A DNA stretch of 64,000 bases, from NCBI GenBank assembly GCA_963730815.1, contig CAVSTD010000011.1, forward strand, positions 117,470 to 181,469, in the 5' to 3' direction. This document shows positions 1 through 8,724 of the stretch, one piece after another (position 1 is the first letter of the stretch; the number at the start of each line of letters is the position of its first letter). The notes beneath the pieces were generated by a model. It worked only from the letters and a program-made list of their open reading frames with translations. It did not search any database and was not told where the DNA came from. A program made the position numbers and the translations under genes. This stretch comes from an uncultured Thermoplasmata archaeon. Lineage in GTDB: Archaea > Thermoplasmatota > Thermoplasmata > Lutacidiplasmatales > UBA184.

Positions 1-481
1 TGACGCGGCCGGCCACCACGAAGCTTGTCACGAGGCGCTTCACGTCCCACTCCCACGGTCCGGGAAGGGTTTCGTCGAAATCGTTCACATCAAAGACCAG
101 CTCGCGTTCGGGAGTGCCGAAGATCCCGAAGTTGCTCAGATGAGCGTCTCCGCCCAGCTGTACCCTAAAACCGGTTGTCGGGGTGATCGAGAGGTCGTGG
201 GCCATCACTCCGGCAGCGCCGCGCAGGAATGTGAACGGCGAGAGCGACATCCGGCCGTATCGGATTGGCAAGAGTCCGGGGATGCGCAACCGGTCGGTCT
301 CCTGGATCAGGTCGATGGGGTCCGTTCGATCACGGGGCGGAGCCCAGGCGGCGTGAGCGGAACGCGGCACCCGACGCCGTAACGCCTTGCCCGCCGCGAT
401 CCTCTCTGCCCGCGATTGCGAATCGGACGAGAGTTTTGACCCTCGAGTCGAAGGAGCCACTTTCCTCATCCCGGCCTTCAT
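1..481 (-). CDS. DUF2252 family protein, N-terminal part (gene runs off the left edge)
   Basis: Not in the ORF track because it has no stop in the window. Hand translation of the minus strand from ATG 481 gives MKAGMRKV...RIPGLLPIRYGRMSLSPFTFLRGAAGVMAHDL...VQLGGDAHLSNFGIFGTPERELVFDVNDFDETLPGPWEWDVKRL, the conserved DUF2252 core. An in-frame stop lies upstream at 554-556. Confidence 0.7.
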   Translation of the reverse strand, partial: MKAGMRKVAPSTRGSKLSSDSQSRAERIAAGKALRRRVPRSAHAAWAPPRDRTDPIDLIQETDRLRIPGLLPIRYGRMSLSPFTFLRGAAGVMAHDLSITPTTGFRVQLGGDAHLSNFGIFGTPERELVFDVNDFDETLPGPWEWDVKRLVTSFVVAGRV

Positions 482-641
482 CGCACGCCTCCCCGAAAGG
501 GTCGGGGTCCCGCGCGAAGTGACCAGCGGGACTCCGCAGCGGCCCTCATCGCTCTAAATCTTTCTCCTGGGCCAGCGAGGCGGGTGAGCATCTCCCGGGT
601 CGCAGACGGGCGAGTGCTGCGATTCGTGGCGGCGAGACGTA

Positions 642-1238
642 GTGCGTCAGGTGCTCAACGCAGCGGCCGCTGACAGAATAGCGAAGTCCCCGTCTCTAAA
701 TACGCTTGATTATGCTGCAGCGATGGGGACTCTCGTGGGCTGGACGACGTATCTACCGACCATACTGCCCGTCCTGGCGGCCGCGGTGTTCGCGCTAGGA
801 GGGGCCGCTCTCTCTGGCAGAGCCGCCAAATGGCTCCGGCAGAGGGGAGCTCCGCCCGCGGCCGTTCGAGGGGCCCGACTTGGAATCTCGCTCACGGGGC
901 TTCTCCTGGCGGCGGCCGCTCTCTTCGTGGCGTTCGGACCCCTGACCGTCGCGGGGGGCCTGACCCTCTCGGCGGTCGTGGGTCTCGCCGCCACCCTCGC
1001 CCTTCAGACGACGATCGGTAACGTGATCTCCGGATTCATTCTTCTTCGGAATCGCGTACTCCGTTTGAACGATCGCGTTTCGATCGGCGGGGTCAGTGGT
1101 ACCGTGGTCCGCCTGGGGTTGGTAACGACCTGGCTCCGCTTGGACGACGGGAGTCTGGCCTCGGTCAGCAATTCCAACTTACTCAGCGGGCCGCTCGTCA
1201 ACCGGAGCACGGCCCAACGCCTGGAAGGCGAGTACTAG
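642..1238 (+). CDS. small-conductance mechanosensitive channel (MscS family), short form
   Basis: 198 aa. TM helices are followed by an MscS pore/beta-domain-like stretch, LALQTTIGNVISGFILLRNRVLRLNDRVSIGGVSGTVVRLGLVTTWLRLDDGSLASVSNSNL. GTG start. Confidence 0.7.
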   Translation: MRQVLNAAAADRIAKSPSLNTLDYAAAMGTLVGWTTYLPTILPVLAAAVFALGGAALSGRAAKWLRQRGAPPAAVRGARLGISLTGLLLAAAALFVAFGPLTVAGGLTLSAVVGLAATLALQTTIGNVISGFILLRNRVLRLNDRVSIGGVSGTVVRLGLVTTWLRLDDGSLASVSNSNLLSGPLVNRSTAQRLEGEY

Positions 1239-1256
1239 CGTCGTTCCGTGTGCGGT

Positions 1257-2432
1257 CTAGCCCGGCGATGCCGGGGCCGGCGCGCCGCCCACCGCGACGA
1301 TCTCGGACGGATGTCTCCACCAGTAGAACAGAATCAGGGCGACTATCGCAGCCCGAGCGTAGATCGAGAAACCCATCAACCACGACGACACATCGATGGT
1401 GAACGCACCCCCTTGGAAGATCGTGACGATTTTCGGCCCCTGAAAGCCGAGCTGTCCCGATATCCAGGGGCCTAGGTTCTCGTGAAATCCAAAGAGTAGG
1501 TTTCCCACGAAGAAGTACCCCACATCGTTGAACAACGAGACCAACAGCCCCAGGCTGATTGCGAGCGGCCATGACTTTCCTCCCTCGAACACAATCAGGA
1601 CTCCGAACGGGGCCATGTAGGTCAGGATCAGCCAGAGTCCGTAGGCGGGAACCTGTTTCCCGAAGAGGTCGATCCAGTTGATCAGGATCAGTCCATAGAA
1701 CGCCGAGAAGAGCACAAGTTTCAGGAGGACGAACTGGCGAGGGTCGGTCGGATGCAGGCCGGCCACCACTGTCTCGATTCCGCTGAGTAGCAGGATGACG
1801 CCGACCAGAATCGCGAAGGCCGCGAGAGCGTAACCGTAGAACGCGACCGAGAGCCCCACGAGAACAACACTCGAGAGGCCGGTCGCAAGTGCGGACATCC
1901 GTAGCCAAGGAGCCAGATTCTCTCCCGCCGACTGGAGGACACGTCCCAAAGCCCCCGCGACGAGCGCCAGGGCAAGGGCAAATACGGCAGTCGTCAGCGC
2001 GAGGGCCGGGTCGAGGACCACGAAAACGGTGATCCCGAGCGCGACCACCCCCACTCCGAGGGTGCCGTAAGAGCGGATCGTTCGCCAAACGGACCGTGTG
2101 CCGGGGAACCACTCGCGACCTACGCTCAGGAACCGACCACCGGCGAGGATGGTCTGCGCGGCGAAGAGGGCGACCGCCTCCCCGAGCAGGACCACGAGTC
2201 CGGAGAGCGAAAGGACGGGTTCGGAGAGAACGACGATGGCAAAGCCCATCGAAACGAGGCCGAGAAGGACCTGGATGAGACGGACCGCGTCCTTCCTGAG
2301 CTGGAATCCTCTTTCGATCTTTCCTTGAGGCCCCGCCGCGGTGTAGTATTCCCAGATCCGGGAAATACGAATTCTCCAGGGAGTTGCACGTGGGGGCGGC
2401 CCGTCCGCGGCCTTGGACTTCGGACGCGTCAA
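1257..2432 (-). CDS. polytopic integral membrane protein, function unknown
   Basis: 391 aa with about 10 hydrophobic segments (G/A/L/V-rich, HdeD/DUF308-like in appearance). The overlapping 495-aa ORF 1198..2685 is Arg/Pro-rich out-of-frame noise. Confidence 0.6.
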   Translation of the reverse strand: MTRPKSKAADGPPPRATPWRIRISRIWEYYTAAGPQGKIERGFQLRKDAVRLIQVLLGLVSMGFAIVVLSEPVLSLSGLVVLLGEAVALFAAQTILAGGRFLSVGREWFPGTRSVWRTIRSYGTLGVGVVALGITVFVVLDPALALTTAVFALALALVAGALGRVLQSAGENLAPWLRMSALATGLSSVVLVGLSVAFYGYALAAFAILVGVILLLSGIETVVAGLHPTDPRQFVLLKLVLFSAFYGLILINWIDLFGKQVPAYGLWLILTYMAPFGVLIVFEGGKSWPLAISLGLLVSLFNDVGYFFVGNLLFGFHENLGPWISGQLGFQGPKIVTIFQGGAFTIDVSSWLMGFSIYARAAIVALILFYWWRHPSEIVAVGGAPAPASPG

Positions 2433-2593
2433 GGTCCCACCCGGCTACTCCGAGCGAGACATCCCCGAACAAAGAGGCTGCGGTCATTGAAGGAGGTTCC
2501 CGGTCGAGACCGAAGGACCCGAGGTCGTACGACGAGGGCCATCTCCTGCCCGGGTGAAGGTTATGGCGGCAGTGTCCCTTCGGGTCGAGGACC

Positions 2594-3640
2594 ATGGCGC
2601 TCGTCCGCCCCGTCTTTCTCCGCAGCCTCTGGCGTTCGGTCCAACGCGGTGGCGCCGGAAAGGCCCCTGTCATTGCGGGCCACAAATTGCTCTACCGCTG
2701 CAATCTCGAGTGCAGCATGTGCCCGTTCTGGCGGCGGGAGGACGAGAACTTACTCACTGTGGAGGACGAGGTTCGCATGATGAAAGCTCTGGTTCGAGCA
2801 GGGGTTTCCTTCCTCGGATTCGAGGGCGGGGAACCGCTCCTCCGCCGGGACCTTCCCGAGATCCTGGAGGAAGCGCACCGGCGGTTCCACACTTCGGTGG
2901 TCACGAACGGTTGGCTGCTTCGCAACCGCATCCGCGACATCGCCCCCCACCTCGACATGATCTTCGTTTCCCTGGACGGGATCGGCGAGTTGCACGACCG
3001 ACTGCGCGGTATTCCCGGATCTTTCGACAAGGCGGTGGAAGGGATCCGATCCGCCCGGGGACGTGTCCCTGTAGCGATCAGTTCCACGATCACCAACGAG
3101 AACATGGACCATGCGGAGAAGGTGGTCGCACTGGCCCAACGACTCGGTGTCGGCGTGACGTTCCAGGTCGCCTACAAGTACTCGACCGCGGAGAATGTGA
3201 CCCCCGCCGGCCAAAAGCTGCGCGATACCCTCGAACGGCTGCTCGCGCTCAAAGAGGCCGGTGCACCGATCTTGGAGTCCCGAGAATACTTCACGAGCGT
3301 CGTCAACTCTTGGTTCCGGGGAACGCCGTGGCGTTGCAAGCCGTGGATGACGATGAACGTCGACCCCCAGGGACGCATCGTCCTGCCCTGCTACACGCTT
3401 CGAGAGTATGGAGGCACGGACTATGTCTGGGACGTCGACGTTCGAAAACTCTGGAATACGTTCGATTGGGCCCCGTACGAGCGGTGCAACAAGTGTGCAT
3501 TGGCCTGCTACCTCGAACCGTCGCTTTTCAGCTACACAAATCCCACAATGATCCGAGAGAGGATCCTCGACCCCATCGTTGCGTACCTCGACTCCCGAAT
3601 GGAGTCGGAAATGTCGGACGCGCTCCCCGTTCTCGCGTAG
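2594..3640 (+). CDS. radical SAM protein with C-terminal SPASM/twitch-like Cys cluster
   Basis: 348 aa. Contains the CNLECSMC (CxxxCxxC) radical-SAM motif and GGEPLL. The C-terminal region reads C-x11-G-x5-C ... CNKCALAC, typical of auxiliary Fe-S (SPASM/twitch) domains. Confidence 0.85.
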   Translation: MALVRPVFLRSLWRSVQRGGAGKAPVIAGHKLLYRCNLECSMCPFWRREDENLLTVEDEVRMMKALVRAGVSFLGFEGGEPLLRRDLPEILEEAHRRFHTSVVTNGWLLRNRIRDIAPHLDMIFVSLDGIGELHDRLRGIPGSFDKAVEGIRSARGRVPVAISSTITNENMDHAEKVVALAQRLGVGVTFQVAYKYSTAENVTPAGQKLRDTLERLLALKEAGAPILESREYFTSVVNSWFRGTPWRCKPWMTMNVDPQGRIVLPCYTLREYGGTDYVWDVDVRKLWNTFDWAPYERCNKCALACYLEPSLFSYTNPTMIRERILDPIVAYLDSRMESEMSDALPVLA

Positions 3641-3667
3641 AATCGGGACGACGTTCCGAGGAGCGAC

Positions 3668-4006
3668 GTGGCCACGAAAGAGTACTCTCTTCGGGCACGG
3701 GTCAGCACGGAGAATCCCGCGGCAGTGGCCGCCATTCTTCAAGAGTTATTCCCGGGCGGGTCCGTCAAACCGACCCGCGACCCGAAAGAGTTCTTGGTCG
3801 AGGGTCGTGCGAGCGGGGACACCGCGCGGGAACTAAATCGGTCCTTGCTTTCTGCTCTTCGCCGGGCGGAAAAGCGAACAAGGCTTCGCTCGGAGTGGAC
3901 GCTCGGAAGTTCTACGGAGCGGTTTTTCGATTACGTCGCTAAGGGGAAGCGGAGTGCTGCGGACGAGCTCTCATCTCCTGGGCGTCTCGAGAAGCAACGA
4001 TGGTAG
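3668..4006 (+). CDS. hypothetical protein (112 aa)
   Basis: GTG start 27 nt after the radical-SAM stop. Its stop overlaps the next gene's start by 7 nt. No family recognised. Confidence 0.45.
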   Translation: MATKEYSLRARVSTENPAAVAAILQELFPGGSVKPTRDPKEFLVEGRASGDTARELNRSLLSALRRAEKRTRLRSEWTLGSSTERFFDYVAKGKRSAADELSSPGRLEKQRW

Positions 4007-4833
4007 CGAAATCTGCACTGTCCAGCTCTCCCGACCGAGTGGTGGTGGAACCCGTTGCAAACATGTACTCGGCCCCGAATGAGAAATCCGACGTGGCCTC
4101 CCAAGCGATCATCGGTAGCAACGTCGTCACGCGGGAAATCCGTCGAGAATGGGTGAGAATCCGCACCGATGACGAGTACTCAGGCTGGATGGAACGCAGC
4201 GCCCTCCGAGAGTTCGGGACGTTCGGCCCGTACGGGAGCCACGGGCCGACAGTCCGCATCGAAGCGTTGTTCGCGAATGTCTATCAGAACCCGGACATTC
4301 GCGCGCACAAACCCCTCCTGACCGTTCCGTTCGGGTCGCTTCTCGAACTGGCGCCGGGGGGTCAGGGCCTGCGACCGAGGTGGCTCCGGGCGCGCCTGCC
4401 CGACCAGCGACGGGTGTGGATTCACCGCGGCGACGCCAACCGGGATCCCGTGCCGCTCACCATCCCTCAATCGATCGAGTTGGCCAAACGATTCCTTGGG
4501 GTGACGTACCTTTGGGGCGGTCGGTCGAGTTACGGGTATGACTGCTCCGGCTACACGCAAATGTTGGTGCGCAGCCGGGGCATCACGATGCCTCGGGACA
4601 CTCGTCTGCAGGCAGAATGGGACGGCGCCGAAGATGTCGATCGAAAGCGCCTGATTCCCGGGGACCTCCTGTTCTTCGGCGCGTCGCGCGCGGAGGTCAA
4701 TCACACCGCGCTCTACATCGGCGGCGGAAAGATGATCCACTCGAGCACCCAAAACCGCCCCGGCGTGCAGATCAGTCGGCTGGATGACAGGCCGATCGGC
4801 CGAAGACTGATCGCCTGCCGACGGGTCAGATAA
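4000..4833 (+). CDS. SH3-domain / NlpC-P60 (C40) family cysteine peptidase
   Basis: 277 aa. The catalytic core reads FLGVTYLWGGRSSYGYDCSGYTQMLV...DLLFFG...NHTALYIGGGKMIHSS (Cys-His). The N-terminal half looks like SH3b repeats (DEYSGWMERSAL). No signal peptide. Confidence 0.85.
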   Translation: MVAKSALSSSPDRVVVEPVANMYSAPNEKSDVASQAIIGSNVVTREIRREWVRIRTDDEYSGWMERSALREFGTFGPYGSHGPTVRIEALFANVYQNPDIRAHKPLLTVPFGSLLELAPGGQGLRPRWLRARLPDQRRVWIHRGDANRDPVPLTIPQSIELAKRFLGVTYLWGGRSSYGYDCSGYTQMLVRSRGITMPRDTRLQAEWDGAEDVDRKRLIPGDLLFFGASRAEVNHTALYIGGGKMIHSSTQNRPGVQISRLDDRPIGRRLIACRRVR

Positions 4834-4932
4834 CTCGGCGGGCGTGGGAAGGGCGATCGTAGATCGCTCGTCCACGGGAACTCCCTCGGAAATCATGCAT
4901 CGCTTTAATCGGCCCGGCGGCTGGGCGTAAAC

Positions 4933-6099
4933 GTGGCAGAAACAGTCCTAGTGGTCGGGGCCACCGGTTTGATTGGCAAAGCGGCGGTCCAGGCGCTCGT
5001 TCGTCGAGGTCACGTCGTTCGAGCACTCGTCCGACGACAAGAGGCGGCGAAACAGTTCGAAGGCGCGAACCTTTCGGCCGTCGTAGGGGACCTGTCCGGT
5101 CGGGGGGATTGGAAGGGGGCTATGGAGGGCGTCACCTCGGTGGTCGACGCGACGCAGGTCCGATTCGCCGGTCGCTTGACACTCGGCAAGGCCCGTCGGG
5201 GGGCCGAAGAACGTCGGTGGATGGCGGCCTTTCTCCTATCGCAAGTTCGTTCCCAGCGTACCTCTCTCCGTAGCTACGTCGCGCTCAGCGGCCTCGAAGA
5301 TTACGCCCCCACCGGCGGCGAGTGGTTCGATGAGTCCACACCCCCCGCCCAGGCACCGCTCGGGTATTCGCACTTCAGCGTCCATTCCCGCGCCCTTCTT
5401 GCTGAGGCGCGCCGGGAGTGGGGACTCCCTCTCGTACTCCTGAGGATGGGCCTCGTTTACGGCTCGAGCGGATGGTTTCCGGACTTCGCGAACCGGATTC
5501 GCCGAGGCCGAGGCGTTCTGGTTGGCCCCGGGGCCAACTTTTCCTCCCTCGTTTCGGCGACGGACGTCGGGGAAGGAATCCGGGCCGCCGTGGAAATAGC
5601 CCCCGCCGGTGAGGAATTTCTCGTCGTCGACGACGAACCCATGACCCAGACCTCGTGGCAAACGGTCCTTGCGGGCGTCCTCGGACAACCTCCGGTCCGT
5701 CGTAGGATCCCGGTCTGGCTGGCGTCCCTCGTGGTCGGCCGCGTGAACGCGGAGACGTTCGCGAGCTCACGTCGGGCACGCAATCAGCGGGCGAAGGAAC
5801 GGCTCGGGATCCACCCTGTGTTCCCCACCGTACGGCAGGGGTTTCCGGCCGTGCTCGCCAGTTCCGACTTCGCGGCAGCTTCGTCAGCCGGCGGGCAAGA
5901 ACACTCTCGGATAGCCCCGAGCGGATTCGAACCGCTGTCGCCGGCTCCAAAGGCCAGCATGCTTGGCCACTACACCACGGGGCTGTGGGTCAATCACCGG
6001 CCTCCTCTACAAAAGAACAGTCGGCGCATTCCTCGCATGCCCCGGACTGTTTTACAGGGGCTTCCCATCGGGGTCCGATGCGCCGGACGAAGATCTTAG
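4933..6099 (+). CDS. NAD-dependent epimerase/dehydratase (SDR family); 3' end uncertain
   Basis: VLVVGATGLIGKAAV Rossmann motif, with SDR-like sequence over about 315 aa. The last ~65 codons of the ORF read through an antisense tRNA gene, that tRNA's promoter, and the pyk promoter and start. They are probably not genuine coding sequence. Confidence 0.65.
   Translation: MAETVLVVGATGLIGKAAVQALVRRGHVVRALVRRQEAAKQFEGANLSAVVGDLSGRGDWKGAMEGVTSVVDATQVRFAGRLTLGKARRGAEERRWMAAFLLSQVRSQRTSLRSYVALSGLEDYAPTGGEWFDESTPPAQAPLGYSHFSVHSRALLAEARREWGLPLVLLRMGLVYGSSGWFPDFANRIRRGRGVLVGPGANFSSLVSATDVGEGIRAAVEIAPAGEEFLVVDDEPMTQTSWQTVLAGVLGQPPVRRRIPVWLASLVVGRVNAETFASSRRARNQRAKERLGIHPVFPTVRQGFPAVLASSDFAAASSAGGQEHSRIAPSGFEPLSPAPKASMLGHYTTGLWVNHRPPLQKNSRRIPRMPRTVLQGLPIGVRCAGRRS
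5912..5984 (-). tRNA. tRNA-Gln (anticodon UUG)
   Basis: 73-nt cloverleaf folded by hand: acceptor AGCCCCG/CGGGGCT, D-arm GTGT-AGTGGCCAA-GCAT, anticodon arm CTGGC-CTTTGGA-GCCGG (TTG), T-arm AGCGG-TTCGAAT-CCGCT, discriminator A. CCA is not encoded. Confidence 0.9.
6007..6015 (-). promoter_or_regulatory. putative TATA box for tRNA-Gln
   Basis: Minus-strand CTTTTGTAG centred about 27 nt upstream of the tRNA 5' end. Confidence 0.35.
6050..6056 (+). promoter_or_regulatory. putative TATA box for pyruvate kinase (leaderless spacing)
   Basis: TTTTACA ends 22 nt before ATG 6078. Confidence 0.4.
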
Positions 6100-7509
6100 C
6101 TACCGTCGGCCCCGCGACGGATCGCCCGGACCGTCTCTTCAAGCTTCTCGAGGCGGGGACCGACGGTTTCCGTATCAACGTCTCCCACGGGACGGACGAG
6201 GAGCATCGCGCGACGCTCCGCCGCCTTCACCAAGCGTGTCGACGCGCCCGAAGGGAGGTCTCTCTCGTGATCGATGTACAGGGTCCAAAGCTCCGAATCG
6301 GAGAGATTGCCGGTGGGTCGTTGCGTTTGGCCCGGGGACAGCGTTGGACCCTCGACCAAATTCCGATTCCGGGAAACGAGAATCGAACGTTCGTGGACAT
6401 CCCCTCTTTCGGCCGTGCCGCTCGACCGGGCGACCCCGTCCTCCTGGGGGATGGCGACGTCGAGCTCGTCGTCCGGAGTGCTGGCTCGAAGTCGATCGAG
6501 ACGAAGGTAGTCAGCGGCGGGATCGTCCGGTCGCACGCCGGCGTATTCCTACCTCGGGCGCATCTCCGCACCTCGGTGTTCGGCCCCAAGGACCGGTCGG
6601 ATGCCGCGCTGGCCCTGCGAGAGGGTTTCGATTATCTCGCGCTTTCGTTCGTCCGGGACGAACAGGACGTCCTCGCGGCTCGTCGGTGGCTCGACGCACG
6701 AGCCGGTGGACGGTCGGTCGGGATCATCGCGAAAATCGAACGGGCGGAAGCCCTCAGCTCCATCGATGGCATCCTCGGGGTGACTGACGGGATCATGGTG
6801 GCTCGAGGAGACCTGGGAATCGAGGTGCCCCTCGAGCGACTGGCCCTCGAGCAAAAGATGTTGGTCCGCAAGGCCAACGCCGCGGGACGATTCTCGATCG
6901 TGGCCACCCAGATGCTCCTCAGTATGCTCTCTTCGCCCCGCCCCACCCGAGCGGAGGCGACGGACGTCGCGAACGCGGTACTCGACGGGGCGGACGCGGT
7001 CATGTTGAGCGAGGAGAGTGCGGTCGGTCAGTACCCTTTCGAGGCCGTCCGGTGGCTCGACCGCATCGCGCGGGCGACCGAGGCAGAATTTGACCCACGA
7101 CCCGGTCGGGAGATGATCCGTCTCGGCGAGTCTGCCGGGGCGGAGCTTTCGGTGGCGCGGGCCGCGGTCGACCTCGCCGAGAACGTCCACGCCCGAGCTA
7201 TCGTCACGCCAACCCACTCGGGCCGTACGGCGCGGCTCATCGCGGCGTTGCGGCCGACGTGTCCGGGTACTGGCCCTGTCGAGCTCGGGCTCGGTTCGCC
7301 GACGCCTGGCCTTGGTCCGGGGGGTCCGCTCGTTCCCGGCGCTCGACCACAGCGACCTCCAGTCGCTCCGTCGGCGGTCGCTCGAATTGATCGATGGCGC
7401 CGGTCTCTCGGCGAGTGGGCCGATCGTCCTGACCGCGGGATATCCGGTGGAAGGGCGGCCGACCAACCTTGTCACGCTGGTCGAGGCGGACGCGGCGGTG
7501 TCAGGGTAG
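6078..7509 (+). CDS. pyk: pyruvate kinase, interrupted by an apparent +1 frameshift near 7263-7268
   Basis: MRRTKILATVGPAT...FRINVSHG...MVARGDLGIEVP...MLSEESAVGQYP. After ...AALRPTCP the protein continues in the next frame as VLALSSSGSVRRRLALVRGV...PIVLTAGYPVEGRPTNLVTLVE* (ORF 7312..7509). One extra G in CCGGGT explains the shift. The 769-aa ORF 5985..8294 is an artefactual read-on. Confidence 0.9.
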
Positions 7510-8724
7510 GGAGCGTCCGAGGGGTGGGTCGTCCGCCCCCGACCTCGGCACGACGAGCCAGAACAGCATCGGCAGGAATCCCACGGCGAGTACCGCCGCG
7601 AAGATCCACGCGATCGTGTAACCGGCGCTCCCGGCGATCACCGCAAAGAGGACGGCGAACAGACTGCCGAGGAACAATTGGATTGAGTTCACGATGCCGA
7701 TCGCGAGAGCGGTGTTCTCTCCCCGGCCCTCGGGGAGGTAGGTCGGAATCAGGTAGAGGACCGCGAACATCACACCATCCGCGAACCCGAGGAAGACGAA
7801 CAGCGGCCACAGCCCGGCCAGCGGCAAGAACGGGATCAGCAGTATGCCCACGCCCGTGGCGAGCCCCCACAGGAGCAGGATCCGGCGCATGTCGGCCCGT
7901 CGCTCCGCAAACCAACCCCCGATTGGTCCTCCGACGACCTCCGTCACGATCATGGCGGTGGGGATCCCCGCGGCCAACGCGATGGGCCAGTCGGAGTGGA
8001 CCGCGGAGGCGAATTGTACGAAGTACTGGGCCGCGGCGTAGAATGCCGCCCAGACCCCGCTCAGTCCGAGGGCCAGCGCCCACAGGTTCCGGGAGAGCAG
8101 CAGAGGCCGACCCCGCTTCCACGTGGCCCTCCAATCGGGGGGAGAACCCTCGGATTGAAGCCGGGGCAGGGCAACGCCCGCACCCGCGGCCGCCGCGAGC
8201 AGTCCGACCCCTCCCACCGCCAGCGCCCACGGCCATCCCGCGAGCGACCCGATCAGGGCGCCCGCGAAGAGGCCCACACCGGAGCCGATGCTGAAGCCGG
8301 AGTTGTAGATGCCGATGACCGGCCCCCTCGAACCGGTCGCATAGTAGGAGGAGACAAGACCGAGAGCGGGGGCGAAGAAGAACGCCGCGCCCGCGCCGGC
8401 CCCGAATCGCAGCGCGGCCAAGATGATCCAACTCGGGGAAAACGCCGAAGCCAGCGAGAAACCTCCCATCAGCACGAGGGCGAGGAGAGAAGTGTTTCGA
8501 TACCCCCAACGCATCGCGATGAGTCCGGCGGGCACCTGAAAGATGCCCGCCCCGACGAGGAAAGCACCGAGGACGATTCCGAGCTGGCCGGTGCTGGCGT
8601 GGAGCCCCTGGCCGAGAAGGGGCAGAACCGCTCCGACGTTGTACCAGTTGAACGCGTAAACCATTCGAGCGAGGACGAGCGTGATCGCCGCCGCCCGGCG
8701 GGTGGACGGGTCGAGCTCGGTCAA
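7501..8724 (-). CDS. MFS transporter
   Basis: About 12 TM helices with MFS-like loops (MRWGYRN, FGAGAGAAFF). The ORF-track N-terminus (to 8925) overlaps the upstream gene. TTG 8724 forms a TTGA overlap with the upstream stop and is the likely start; ATG 8664 is an alternative. Confidence 0.8.
   Translation of the reverse strand: MTELDPSTRRAAAITLVLARMVYAFNWYNVGAVLPLLGQGLHASTGQLGIVLGAFLVGAGIFQVPAGLIAMRWGYRNTSLLALVLMGGFSLASAFSPSWIILAALRFGAGAGAAFFFAPALGLVSSYYATGSRGPVIGIYNSGFSIGSGVGLFAGALIGSLAGWPWALAVGGVGLLAAAAGAGVALPRLQSEGSPPDWRATWKRGRPLLLSRNLWALALGLSGVWAAFYAAAQYFVQFASAVHSDWPIALAAGIPTAMIVTEVVGGPIGGWFAERRADMRRILLLWGLATGVGILLIPFLPLAGLWPLFVFLGFADGVMFAVLYLIPTYLPEGRGENTALAIGIVNSIQLFLGSLFAVLFAVIAGSAGYTIAWIFAAVLAVGFLPMLFWLVVPRSGADDPPLGRSLP

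Noticed and set aside
1198-2685. Very long ORFs overlapping real genes in other frames or on the other strand. Examples are 1198..2685, 2554..3942, 7472..8509, 12489..13430, 29771..31411, 33800..35032, 37584..38327, 56750..58567 and 24224..24997.
   Set aside because: They translate to Arg/Pro/Gly/Ser-rich, low-complexity sequence with no recognisable motifs. Each one shadows a gene with clear family signatures. This is the expected artefact of stop-codon-poor, high-GC DNA.
5912-5984. tRNA-Gln as an integration site for a mobile element.
   Set aside because: No integrase, no direct repeat of the tRNA 3' end and no compositional island are adjacent. The flanking genes are an SDR and pyruvate kinase.
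5985-8294. A 769-aa 'pyruvate kinase fusion' ORF.
   Set aside because: Only the first ~395 codons after ATG 6078 are PK. The remainder is read-through after a frameshift across the antisense MFS transporter gene. The true PK C-terminus is in ORF 7312..7509.
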